The translations under genes and the position numbers were made by a program. From Candidatus Omnitrophota bacterium (GTDB lineage Bacteria; Omnitrophota; Gorgyraeia; Tantalellales; Tantalellaceae), in NCBI GenBank assembly GCA_043812935.1, contig JBDRLO010000024.1, positions 9,295 through 73,294 of the forward strand: DNA of 64,000 bases. The letters are read 5' to 3'. Numbering within the stretch: the first letter of the stretch is position 1; each line of letters starts with the position of its first letter. Shown piece by piece: positions 19,381 through 28,249 of the stretch. Under the pieces are notes generated by a model. That model saw nothing but the letters and a program-made list of their open reading frames with translations, searched no databases and was not told where the DNA came from.

Positions 19381-20073
19381 ATGAAAATAACTGTAAATAA
19401 AAGCTTATTAATAATGCTTCTGGTGTCTTTGACGGTTCATGTTTTGGGTATGAGCATGGTGACTATTATTATGCCGCAAGACATGGACAGGTTAAAAGCC
19501 TATACGCGAGTGGATTTTTTAGGAGCGGTTTTTCAGAAAACTGCTTTTGACATTATGTTGGAAAGTACGGATGCGTTTTATAAAGGCGATGTCTGCAGCC
19601 AGATAATTCAACCCCAGTATATGGAGTATTTAAGGACGCATATCCGGAAACAAAAGCCGGAGAGTAAAGAGCTGCCTGCCAATTTGGAAGATAAAATGGA
19701 CGGTACCGTAGAAAATTTTTTGAAAGGTGATAAAATTGTCCCGAAAATCTTTACAAATATTGAAACTTCAACGTTTGTAGATAGAGACGCGTTGCTTCGG
19801 GGGAAAATGCGGACAATTGTATATTCGCCTGAAAAATATTTTATCAGGTACGGGTTGTATGGAAACAAAAAATCTTTCAAAGTAAAATTCAAGGCTCTGT
19901 TAGGGGAAGACGGTGATATAAAAACAACGGAATTAATTACTACTACGGGATACCCTCAGGTGGACATGACCGCGTCAAAACTTCTACGGGAAAGCATGTT
20001 TAAATCGTCAGAAAGTATTATAGGAAAAAATGAATGGTGTGAAATTGAAGTTATACTGAAGACAGGGAGATAA
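19381..20073 (+). CDS. membrane-anchored protein, possible TonB/TolA-like energy-transducer partner
   Basis: N-terminal TM; position directly after exbB-exbD-like genes; C-terminal region only loosely TonB-C-like; no Pro-rich linker. Confidence 0.3.
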   Translation: MKITVNKSLLIMLLVSLTVHVLGMSMVTIIMPQDMDRLKAYTRVDFLGAVFQKTAFDIMLESTDAFYKGDVCSQIIQPQYMEYLRTHIRKQKPESKELPANLEDKMDGTVENFLKGDKIVPKIFTNIETSTFVDRDALLRGKMRTIVYSPEKYFIRYGLYGNKKSFKVKFKALLGEDGDIKTTELITTTGYPQVDMTASKLLRESMFKSSESIIGKNEWCEIEVILKTGR

Positions 20074-20076
20074 GAT

Positions 20077-20337
20077 ATGATAAAAGTTGATATTGCAACG
20101 GCGCTTTTTTTATATCTATTTATTACCGCAATAGGCCTTCTGATCCTATGGTCATTTTTTAGTTTTGGTACCAAATTAAAAACTTTTAGCTTTGATGAAC
20201 AGCATATTTGGCGTTGTTCGATTTGCGCGCTTACCTACATAGATTCCCGGAATGAGTTGGTCTCAAGATGCCCGAGATGTAAAAGTTTTAACCAGCGCGT
20301 TAGTGATGAAAATAAATTTGTTTTAAAAAGTACCTAG
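20077..20337 (+). CDS. small membrane protein with C-terminal CxxC...CxxC zinc ribbon
   Basis: N-terminal TM, CSIC...CPRC motif. Confidence 0.4.
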   Translation: MIKVDIATALFLYLFITAIGLLILWSFFSFGTKLKTFSFDEQHIWRCSICALTYIDSRNELVSRCPRCKSFNQRVSDENKFVLKST

Positions 20338-20401
20338 TATCATGTATAATTATTGAATTAAATACAGGCGGGATAAGACCAGAAGCGAGGAGAGGAGAAA
20401 A

Positions 20402-20602
20402 ATGATTACAAAAATAGGTATTGTTGCCGGTGAGATTTGGAACTATCTTGATAATCATAATAGATCTGCAACGATAACGGAATTTGAAAATGATCTTCAA
20501 AAACCTCACGATTTAATTTTGATGAGTGTTGGCTGGCTTGCGCGTGAAGGTCATGTTGTTGTAGATGGCGATTTTCCAAATTATGTAATAAAGTTAAAAT
20601 AA
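20402..20602 (+). CDS. winged-helix protein (DUF2582-like)
   Basis: 66 aa; pattern GEIWNYL...ATITEFE...LMSVGWLAREGHV typical of small wHTH DUF2582 proteins; RBS gaggaga. Confidence 0.55.
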   Translation: MITKIGIVAGEIWNYLDNHNRSATITEFENDLQKPHDLILMSVGWLAREGHVVVDGDFPNYVIKLK

Positions 20603-20609
20603 TATTTGT

Positions 20610-20685
20610 GGGGCAGTAGCTCAGTTGGGAGAGCATCACGTTCGCAACGTGGGGGTCGTGGGTTCGAATCCCATCTGCTCCACCA
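20610..20685 (+). tRNA. tRNA-Ala (anticodon CGC)
   Basis: cloverleaf with G3:U70 alanine identity pair, anticodon loop ttCGCaa, T-loop GGTTCGAATCC, encoded CCA. Confidence 0.85.
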
Positions 20686-20722
20686 TTTTTTCTTTTCGAA
20701 AGAAAAGAAAAAATGTCTCGCC
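20686..20722 (+). terminator. hairpin/T-tract terminator after tRNA-Ala
   Basis: tttttcttttc-gaaa-gaaaagaaaaa palindrome immediately 3' of the tRNA. Confidence 0.4.
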
Positions 20723-20772
20723 GAAGCCAGATAGTGTTAAAGTAAGTTGGCGAAGGCGGACGTGCTTGGTTT

Positions 20773-20836
20773 GCCGGTTAGCCGGTTAGCCGGTTATCCA
20801 GTTATCCGGTTAGCCGGTTATCCAGTTTACCGGTAT
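20773..20836. repeat. 8-bp tandem repeat array (GCCGGTTA-like x8)
   Basis: gccggtta gccggtta gccggtta tccagtta tccggtta gccggtta tccagttt accggtat, intergenic and downstream of tRNA-Ala. Confidence 0.8.
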
Positions 20837-20881
20837 AGGTAATGAAAAAAGAAAAGGTAATAAACGTTACAAACAATAATT

Positions 20882-21076
20882 ATGGCGGAATATATTTGTC
20901 CACACTGTAAGAAACCTGTTTATGATGACGAAGCGCTTTTGTGTCTTTATTGCGGGGAAAATCTTGAAAGAGGCGTTGGGACTCTTGGTAAAATGAAATA
21001 TTCTTCACATTGGATGATATTTGCCGGGATTGTTTTATTTGTGATACTTGCGTTTGTTTTGCTAATGTGTTTTTAA
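20882..21076 (+). CDS. small zinc-ribbon protein with C-terminal TM helix
   Basis: CPHC...CLYC motif then hydrophobic segment IFAGIVLFVILAFVLLMCF. Confidence 0.4.
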   Translation: MAEYICPHCKKPVYDDEALLCLYCGENLERGVGTLGKMKYSSHWMIFAGIVLFVILAFVLLMCF

Positions 21077-21086
21077 AAGATAGAAA

Positions 21087-21494
21087 ATGAGGAATTGTAG
21101 TATGATTAAAAAAACGTTTATTATTGTAACTGCCGTGATAGTTTTTGCTGCATTGGTTATAGGTGGTTTAAAAGTTTATGAAGCTAAAGAAATAATGAAC
21201 ATGCAGATTGATGAAATAGATCTTTCAAATGTGCCGGACGGTGTTTATGCGGGTGAAGAAAAATATATGACTTTTGTGTGCAAAGTTAAAGTGACTGTTA
21301 AGAAAAACCAAATAGTTGATATAGAGGCTTATGAAGGGCGAGAGAGTGAATATGTTGAAAGAGCGAAAGAAGTTGCGGACAGGGTGATCGCGAATCAGTC
21401 ACTTGAAGTTGATACGGTTACAGGCGCTACTGTTACAAGTAAAGCTATCCTTAAAGCAATAGAAAACGCGTTAAAATCTTCACGCATTGACTAA
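21087..21494 (+). CDS. FMN-binding domain protein (membrane-anchored)
   Basis: N-terminal TM; C-terminal VDTVTGATVTSKAI motif of FMN_bind domain. Confidence 0.6.
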   Translation: MRNCSMIKKTFIIVTAVIVFAALVIGGLKVYEAKEIMNMQIDEIDLSNVPDGVYAGEEKYMTFVCKVKVTVKKNQIVDIEAYEGRESEYVERAKEVADRVIANQSLEVDTVTGATVTSKAILKAIENALKSSRID

Positions 21495-21581
21495 ATGCAG
21501 ATGATCTTTACATCCAGATAGCTGTCGTAAAATTTTTAAATTTTTTAGTTTTCAAATGTATATGTTATAATATGCTGTAAA

Positions 21582-23165
21582 TTGAAAATGCGGGAGCATC
21601 TTATGAAAAAAATTGTTCTGATCGCAAGTATGATATTAATGCTGAATACGGGTGTTGAGGATGCCGTAAGTAAACAGGCTGATTTAGCGGGTATTTGGTA
21701 TCCTGGTTCTCCGGAAAAACTGAAAGCGGAAGTCGCGACGTATTTAAATAATGCTCAGGTTGGACATATTAACGGAAACATTATCGGCGCAATAGCGCCT
21801 CATGCGGGTATCAGGTTTTCCGGACCGATTGCGGCATATACTTACAGGGCTTTAGCCGGGCAAAATTTAACAAAACTGGTTATAGTTGGGTTTTCGCATA
21901 AGTACTATTTTCCTAATACCGTATCAGTTTTTTCTGACGATAGTTTTATCACACCGCTTGGAAGCATAAAAATAGATATGCCGCTTTCCGAAAAAATTAT
22001 GGCAAGTAACCCTAGTATTAAAAACTTTCCGGAAGCGTTTGCCTCAGAGAATTCAATCGAACTTCAGCTCCCGTTTATTCAAACCGTTTTTGGCGATAAT
22101 ATCCAGGTTGTACTTATATCTCTTTGCGATCAAAGCAAAGAAAATGCAGAAATGTTGGCAGACACGCTTTATAAAGTTTTAAAAGATGAAAAAAATTTTG
22201 CTGTGGTTGCGTCGACTGATATGTGCCATTATTTGTCGTATTTTGAAGCGGAAAGAAGGGATAGGAATACGATCAAAGAGATACAGGCGTTTGAACCTGA
22301 ACTTTTTTATTTAGCAAGCGCTAAAGAAGACCATAAACTTATGTGCGGCTACGGCGCAGTATACGCGGTTATGGAAACAAGCAAAAAACTTGGAGCGGAT
22401 AAGTCAATTGTTTTAAAATATGGCAATTCCGGAGATTTTGCGCCGCAGACAAAAAACAGTGTGGTTGGTTATTTGAGCGCTTTATTTATTAAAACTGCCG
22501 AAGAAGATAATACAAATGTTGTTGGAGACGAAAAAAATACAGAGATCAATTTTCCAGAAACCTCGGAAACAGAAGATGCTGTTCAGGGTAAAAAGGAGGA
22601 AATCGGCATGTTAAATGAAGCCCAAAGAAAAGAACTTTTGAAAATTGCCAGAGATTCAATAAAGCTTTATCTTGAAAAGGGTAAGCGGTTAAACGTGCAG
22701 ACGGATGATGCCCTGCTTAAAGAGAATATGGGCGCTTTTGTAACTTTGCATGAAACCGGTAGATTGCGGGGATGTATCGGAAGGATAATTGCGGCAGGCC
22801 CGCTTTATCTTGCTGTGCGGGATATGGCAATAGCCGCGGCAGTAGAGGATCCAAGATTTAGGCCGTTGAGTTTGGATGAACTGGGTAAGGTGGATATTGA
22901 AATATCTGTTTTATCACCTATGAAAAAAATAAATGATTCTGACGAAATTGTTATGGGCAAACATGGGGTAATGATAAAGGACGGGTTAAGAAGCGGAGTT
23001 TATTTGCCGCAGGTTGCCGATGAAACGGGTTGGGACAGGGAAACTTTTATGAATAGTTTGTGTGTCAATAAGGCCGGCCTGTCTCAAGATGCTTGGAAAA
23101 CAGGTTCTTGCGAAATTTATGTTTTTACGGCGGAAGTTTTTGGCGAACATAATAAACCAGAATAA
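21582..23165 (+). CDS. AmmeMemoRadiSam system fusion protein (Memo-like AmrB domain + AMMECR1 AmrA domain) with N-terminal signal-peptide-like segment
   Basis: Memo-type AGIWYPGS...IAPHAGIRFSGP motifs; C-terminal AMMECR1 GAFVTLHETGRLRGCIGRI; N-terminus MKKIVLIASMILMLNTG resembles a Sec signal peptide. Confidence 0.75.
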   Translation: MKMREHLMKKIVLIASMILMLNTGVEDAVSKQADLAGIWYPGSPEKLKAEVATYLNNAQVGHINGNIIGAIAPHAGIRFSGPIAAYTYRALAGQNLTKLVIVGFSHKYYFPNTVSVFSDDSFITPLGSIKIDMPLSEKIMASNPSIKNFPEAFASENSIELQLPFIQTVFGDNIQVVLISLCDQSKENAEMLADTLYKVLKDEKNFAVVASTDMCHYLSYFEAERRDRNTIKEIQAFEPELFYLASAKEDHKLMCGYGAVYAVMETSKKLGADKSIVLKYGNSGDFAPQTKNSVVGYLSALFIKTAEEDNTNVVGDEKNTEINFPETSETEDAVQGKKEEIGMLNEAQRKELLKIARDSIKLYLEKGKRLNVQTDDALLKENMGAFVTLHETGRLRGCIGRIIAAGPLYLAVRDMAIAAAVEDPRFRPLSLDELGKVDIEISVLSPMKKINDSDEIVMGKHGVMIKDGLRSGVYLPQVADETGWDRETFMNSLCVNKAGLSQDAWKTGSCEIYVFTAEVFGEHNKPE

Positions 23166-23196
23166 AGTTGCAGTATAAATAAAAACAGGAAAAAAC

Positions 23197-23934
23197 GTGA
23201 GCCGATTTTATGTTCCGAAAGAAAATGTCCGGGGAAGAGAAATTGTAATTGAGGGCAGGGAAGCGCATCATGTTGCGGATGTGATGAGGCTTCAACCTGA
23301 CGATAAGATTGTTGTTTTTGATGGTACCGGAAATGAATATACCGGTTTCATTAAAAAGGTTAACAAGAAAACAAAGAGAATCATAATTGAAATAGTGTCA
23401 ACTAAACATCCTTTGGCAGAGAAAAGTCCGGAAATAGTTTTGGCGCAGGCGCTTCCTAAAAAAGATAAAATGGACTATATTGTTGAAAAATCTGTGGAAT
23501 TAGGAGTTTCTCGGATAGTTCCGCTAATAACCAAAAGAACGATTGTACGGCCTGGTGAGGCCGGAGGTAGAAAGAAAGTTGAAAGATGGGGCAAGATCGC
23601 GGTTGAAGCTTCTAAACAATGCGGCAGGTTAAACGTGCCGCGTATAGACGATATTGCGTTATATAGTAATATGGTTCAGGAACTGGAAGAATATGATCTT
23701 GTTGTGTTTGCCTGTTTGATGCAGAGGACGGTTTCTATAAAAAAGGTGTTATCAGATTTTAAAACCGGAAAAATCCTTGTTTTTGTAGGACCGGAAGGTG
23801 ATTTTACTCCGGAAGAAGTATTTTTGGCGGATAGAGGTAATACCCGTTTTGTGTCATTAGGAAGAAGAGTATTAAAAAGTGATACTGCCGGCCTTTTTAT
23901 CCTGTCTGTGCTTAGCTATGAGTTTTCAATGTAG
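23197..23934 (+). CDS. rsmE: 16S rRNA (uracil1498-N3)-methyltransferase RsmE
   Basis: PUA-like N-terminus plus SPOUT domain with VFVGPEGDFTPEE motif; 245 aa. Confidence 0.8.
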   Translation: MSRFYVPKENVRGREIVIEGREAHHVADVMRLQPDDKIVVFDGTGNEYTGFIKKVNKKTKRIIIEIVSTKHPLAEKSPEIVLAQALPKKDKMDYIVEKSVELGVSRIVPLITKRTIVRPGEAGGRKKVERWGKIAVEASKQCGRLNVPRIDDIALYSNMVQELEEYDLVVFACLMQRTVSIKKVLSDFKTGKILVFVGPEGDFTPEEVFLADRGNTRFVSLGRRVLKSDTAGLFILSVLSYEFSM

Positions 23935-23972
23935 TCCTTGCGGTATAATCCATAAATAATAATTAAGGCTAA

Positions 23973-25208
23973 ATGATGAAGTTTTGCATAAAAACATTAG
24001 GTTGTAAAGTTAATCAGTATGAGGAACAGGTTCTCCGTGAAAATTTATCCCGGATAGGATTTGACGAAACTTCCGCGGAAAATGCTGACGTAGCAGTTGT
24101 TAATTCCTGTACGGTAACCGGACAGGCCGATAGTAAAACACGAAACCTGATTCGTAAATTAAAACGTGAAAATGAAAAACTGAAGATATTTGTTACGGGT
24201 TGTTACGCGATTTTTGATGAGGATATTAAAAACTTAAAAGCGCTGCCGGAAGTCTATAAAGTAATTTCTGGTAAAGACAAGATGAAACTTCCGGAAATTT
24301 TCAGCGCGTTGTTTTATGAAGGCAAAACTGCCGTAAATATGGAAGAAGGGATTTCAAGTTTTGGTTCACATTCAAGAGCATTTTTAAAAATACAGGACGG
24401 ATGCGGACATAAATGTTCTTATTGTAAAGTTGGATTAGTCCGCGGACCGTCCCGCAGCCGCGATGAACGTGCGATTATTGATGAACTGGTTCTTTTACAC
24501 AAAAAAGGATATAACGAAATTGTACTGACGGGTATTTGTTTAGGCGCGTGGACAGGATCTGACGACCTGACTTTTCCGGAGCTTTTGCGGAAAATTGATA
24601 ATCTGCAAGGGAGTTTTCGTGTTAGGTTGAGTTCTATTGAACCGGATTATGTAAATGACGCGTTAATTGAAACTTTTTTTTCTTCGCGCAGAATCTGTCA
24701 GCATTTGCATATCCCTTTGCAGAGCGGTTCGGATAAAATATTAAAACTTATGAGAAGACGATATTGCACTAAAGACTTTGAACTTTTGGTATATAAACTC
24801 CGGAGTAAAATGCCTTTAATAGGAATAACAATGGATGTTATTGCCGGGTTTCCGGGGGAAACCGAAACGGATTTTAATGAAACAATAAACTTTATTGACC
24901 GGATAAAACCGTCACGGTTGCATGTGTTTAGATATAGTGACCGGAAGGGAACGGCTTCTTTTTTGTTGAAAGATAAAGTACCTGTTGAAACTACTAAAAG
25001 GAGAGTGGAGGAATTAATCGGCAGAGCAAAACTATGGGAAAAAGAGTTTTCAGAAAAATTTATCGGAAAAGAAGTGAAAGTTTTAGTTGAACGACAGTCA
25101 AATTCTGATTACATGGAAGGTTATACCGGAGAATATGTCAAGATGACGCTGAGCGGAGTAACGGCACGGGAAGGGGAACTTGTAAGTGTTGTATATAAGA
25201 AACCGTGA
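23973..25208 (+). CDS. mtaB: radical SAM methylthiotransferase, MtaB-like (tRNA ms2t6A37)
   Basis: N-terminus TLGCKVNQYE (MTTase domain), radical SAM Cys cluster CGHKCSYC, TRAM-like C-terminus; rsmE-mtaB synteny as in Bacillus yqeU-yqeV. Confidence 0.7.
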   Translation: MMKFCIKTLGCKVNQYEEQVLRENLSRIGFDETSAENADVAVVNSCTVTGQADSKTRNLIRKLKRENEKLKIFVTGCYAIFDEDIKNLKALPEVYKVISGKDKMKLPEIFSALFYEGKTAVNMEEGISSFGSHSRAFLKIQDGCGHKCSYCKVGLVRGPSRSRDERAIIDELVLLHKKGYNEIVLTGICLGAWTGSDDLTFPELLRKIDNLQGSFRVRLSSIEPDYVNDALIETFFSSRRICQHLHIPLQSGSDKILKLMRRRYCTKDFELLVYKLRSKMPLIGITMDVIAGFPGETETDFNETINFIDRIKPSRLHVFRYSDRKGTASFLLKDKVPVETTKRRVEELIGRAKLWEKEFSEKFIGKEVKVLVERQSNSDYMEGYTGEYVKMTLSGVTAREGELVSVVYKKP

Positions 25209-25237
25209 ATTAACAGTGAAATCTTAAAATTTGGTTT

Positions 25238-26542
25238 ATGGAGTTATCCGGGGGGATAATGAAATTTATTTGTGATTTTCATGTGCATTCGCATTTTTCC
25301 AGGGCAACAAGCAAACAGCTTGTTCCGGAATATTTGGATTATTGGGCAAGGGTGAAAGGGATAAAAGTAGTTGGAACCGGGGATTTTACCCATCCGGAAT
25401 GGGTCTCGGAACTAAAAGAAAAACTTGAGTTTGCTGAACCGGGACTTTTTAAGTTAAAAAAGAAATACAAAAACACAATTCCGGCGTTGTGTCCTGAAAA
25501 ATTTGATGATATAAGGTTTTTACTCAGCGCGGAAATAAGCAATATATACAAGAAGGGCGGAACAGTAAGAAAAATTCATAGCCTTATTCTTGCTCCGGGT
25601 TTTGAGGCTGTGGAAAAAGTGCAGCATAAACTTGCGCAAAGAGGGGCAAACATTGTTTCTGATGGAAGGCCAATATTAGGTATGGATGTAAAAGACCTTT
25701 TAAGTTTATTCTTGGATGTTTCCGGAGATTTTGTTTTTATTCCGGCGCATATCTGGACTCCCTGGTTTTCCGTTCTAGGGTCAAAATCCGGATTTAATTC
25801 GGTTAGAGAATGTTTTGAAGAGTTGTCAGACTATATTTGTGCGGTTGAAACCGGGCTTTCCACGGATCCTTCTATGCATTGGTTATGCAGTTTTCTTGAT
25901 GAGTATACGCTTATTTCGAATTCGGACGCGCATTCACCTGAAAAACTGGGCAGAAATGCTAATATTTTTAACACAGAATTGACTTATGGCGCGATAGTTA
26001 ACGCGTTGAAAAACACAGGGCAAAACAGGAACGCATTTGTCGGGACAATTGATCTTTTTCCTCAAGAGGGAAAATATTATTATGATGGGCATCGTAAATG
26101 CCGCGTGTGTTTGAATCCAAAAGATACTATTCTAAATAACGGTGTTTGCCCTGTTTGCGGCAGCAATGTTACAATAGGTGTAAAAAACAGGGTTTTACAA
26201 TTAGCAGATAGAGAAGACGGGTTAAAAAGAAACAATAAGAAACCTTTTTATTCAATTATTCCGTTAAAAGAGATACTTTCTGAGATTTCAGGAACTTTAC
26301 CGGCTTCAAAAAAAGTAAATAAACTTTATTGGGAAATAATAAAAAAGACCGGATCTGAATTAGAACTTTTACTGGAGATGAGTATCAGCGAAATTGAAAA
26401 AAATAGTAATGAAGTATTAGCAGAAGCTGTACAGAGAATGAGAAATAAAAAAGTTTTTCTTAACCCGGGTTTTGATGGCGAATATGGTAGAATTACGCTT
26501 TTCAAAACTGCGGAAAACCAGAAAAATTCTCCAATTCATTAA
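25238..26542 (+). CDS. PHP-domain endonuclease Q-like protein (TIGR00375 family)
   Basis: PHP motifs DFHVHSHFS, GTGDFTHP, PAHIWTPW, SNSDAHSP followed by zinc ribbon CRVC...CPVCG; architecture matches EndoQ. Confidence 0.65.
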   Translation: MELSGGIMKFICDFHVHSHFSRATSKQLVPEYLDYWARVKGIKVVGTGDFTHPEWVSELKEKLEFAEPGLFKLKKKYKNTIPALCPEKFDDIRFLLSAEISNIYKKGGTVRKIHSLILAPGFEAVEKVQHKLAQRGANIVSDGRPILGMDVKDLLSLFLDVSGDFVFIPAHIWTPWFSVLGSKSGFNSVRECFEELSDYICAVETGLSTDPSMHWLCSFLDEYTLISNSDAHSPEKLGRNANIFNTELTYGAIVNALKNTGQNRNAFVGTIDLFPQEGKYYYDGHRKCRVCLNPKDTILNNGVCPVCGSNVTIGVKNRVLQLADREDGLKRNNKKPFYSIIPLKEILSEISGTLPASKKVNKLYWEIIKKTGSELELLLEMSISEIEKNSNEVLAEAVQRMRNKKVFLNPGFDGEYGRITLFKTAENQKNSPIH

Positions 26543-26589
26543 GTTAATAAACAGCAAGAACATGTTTTGCGGTTTTCTTTTCCCCTGGT

Positions 26590-26618
26590 TTGACAAGCTT
26601 ATTTTTATATGATATACT
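26590..26618 (+). promoter_or_regulatory. sigma70-like promoter with extended -10 (TTGACA-17-TGaTATACT)
   Basis: consensus -35 TTGACA, 17-nt spacer, TG-extended TATACT, about 25 nt upstream of cvpA-like start. Confidence 0.45.
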
Positions 26619-26642
26619 TTCAATTCCATTAGAGGGGAAGCC

Positions 26643-27200
26643 TTGCCTGAAATATTAAATGAAATTAACTGGGTGGACATACTTTTTGTAATTCTTTTGT
26701 TGGGAATGGTTTATAAAGGATTGCGAACTGGTGTGGGCGGACAAATACCTTCTTTAATAGGAGGATTTGTTCTCTTATATATTTCTATCGAGTATTACAG
26801 TTTTATGTCTGAAGCTATTTTTGGGTTTATGCTTCAGAAATGGACAAAACCAGCCTCATTTGTTATACTTGCGGCTGGTATTTTTGTTACGGTTAAAATT
26901 TTGGAAAGAGTGCTTAGTGTAATCGGTTCTGAGGAATTTTCCACGATAGAAAGGATAGGCGGCGCGGTTATAGGCGGGTTTCGCGCGTTTATGCTGTTTG
27001 GTGTTTTTGGAATAGTGTTTTTGCTTTTGCCGGTTGAGAATATACGCACATCGGTTGTAAATGGGTCAAAAACATGTAATGCGTTTATTAATATGGATTT
27101 GGAAATATATACATGGATGACTAAAATAATTAAGCCCAATGAAAAGAACAAAAAAGATGTTAAAGCATTGGAAAAAGAGTTATGTAACGATGGAGATTAA
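26643..27200 (+). CDS. CvpA-family membrane protein
   Basis: 4 TM segments, CvpA-like N-terminus (INWVDILFVILLLGMVYKGLRTG). Confidence 0.6.
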   Translation: MPEILNEINWVDILFVILLLGMVYKGLRTGVGGQIPSLIGGFVLLYISIEYYSFMSEAIFGFMLQKWTKPASFVILAAGIFVTVKILERVLSVIGSEEFSTIERIGGAVIGGFRAFMLFGVFGIVFLLLPVENIRTSVVNGSKTCNAFINMDLEIYTWMTKIIKPNEKNKKDVKALEKELCNDGD

Positions 27201-27239
27201 ATACTTCATTGTTACAAAGAAAGAACATGGGGGAGAAAG

Positions 27240-28196
27240 ATGAAATTAAAAACAATTTATGATCTTGCGGTAAAAAAAGGGTTAAAAGAGGATCAAAGAT
27301 CCAAAAGCACTATTAAGGAAGCAATCTTGGCTTCTAAAAAAGCTTATAAAAAAAGCAAAGGAATTGACAGAGAAGCTTTTGATATGGAAACTCTTAAACA
27401 TCCTTATAATGACACGCGCATATTAAATGGAACGGGCAGTGAGGAGATTAAGAATGTTTTAGTCGGCATAGATATTGAAGTGTCAGAGGTTTTGCTGGCA
27501 GACAGGTTAAGGGAGAAAGGAAATAAGGTTGACCTGATAATTTCGCATCATCCTTCAGGAAAAGCTTATGCACAGCTGCATAAGGTTATGGATATCCAGC
27601 CGTCTTTATGGGAGAAGTATGGGCTTACGAATGAAGTTGCGCAGGGGATTATGAAAGACAGGATCGAAGAGGTTGCGAGGGGGGTTGCTCCGGCAAATCA
27701 CGCTCGCGCAGTTGACGCGGCAAGACTTCTTGGTATTCCGTTTATGTGTATACATACTGCGGCGGACAATTGTGTAGCTCATTTTCTACAGAAGATTTTT
27801 GATCAAAAAAAACCTAAAAAACTGAATAATGTCCTGACGATATTAAAAAATATTCCCGAGTATAGACAGGCAATGAAAATGTCCGCAGGGCCTTTTTTGC
27901 TTATTGGAGAAGAAAATTCCGATGCTGGAAAAATATTTGTTGATATGACAGGCGGAACTTCCGGTCCGAATAAAATGTTCGCGAGGTTATCTCAAGCCGG
28001 TATAAAAACTATAATCGGAATGCATTGTAAGGAATCCGGATATAAAATTGCGAAATCTGAATTTTTGAACTATGTAATTGCCGGCCATATCGCAAGTGAC
28101 AATTTAGGGCTTAATTTATTATTAGACGAAGTTGACAGTAAAAAACAGTTAAAATATATAGAATGTTCGGGGTTTAAACGTATTAGGCATAGTTAA
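27240..28196 (+). CDS. Nif3-family dinuclear metal centre protein
   Basis: GIDI..S..LL......G..VDLIISHHP motif and second AGH.ASD half-site; 318 aa. Confidence 0.6.
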   Translation: MKLKTIYDLAVKKGLKEDQRSKSTIKEAILASKKAYKKSKGIDREAFDMETLKHPYNDTRILNGTGSEEIKNVLVGIDIEVSEVLLADRLREKGNKVDLIISHHPSGKAYAQLHKVMDIQPSLWEKYGLTNEVAQGIMKDRIEEVARGVAPANHARAVDAARLLGIPFMCIHTAADNCVAHFLQKIFDQKKPKKLNNVLTILKNIPEYRQAMKMSAGPFLLIGEENSDAGKIFVDMTGGTSGPNKMFARLSQAGIKTIIGMHCKESGYKIAKSEFLNYVIAGHIASDNLGLNLLLDEVDSKKQLKYIECSGFKRIRHS

Positions 28197-28249
28197 AACA
28201 ACGTTAAGAATTATTGATTAGCTGCAAGGTAGAAGTGGTGATGTAATTT

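Noticed and set aside
20773-20836. Possible CRISPR array
   Set aside because: 8-bp units directly abutting with no spacers; far too short for CRISPR repeats
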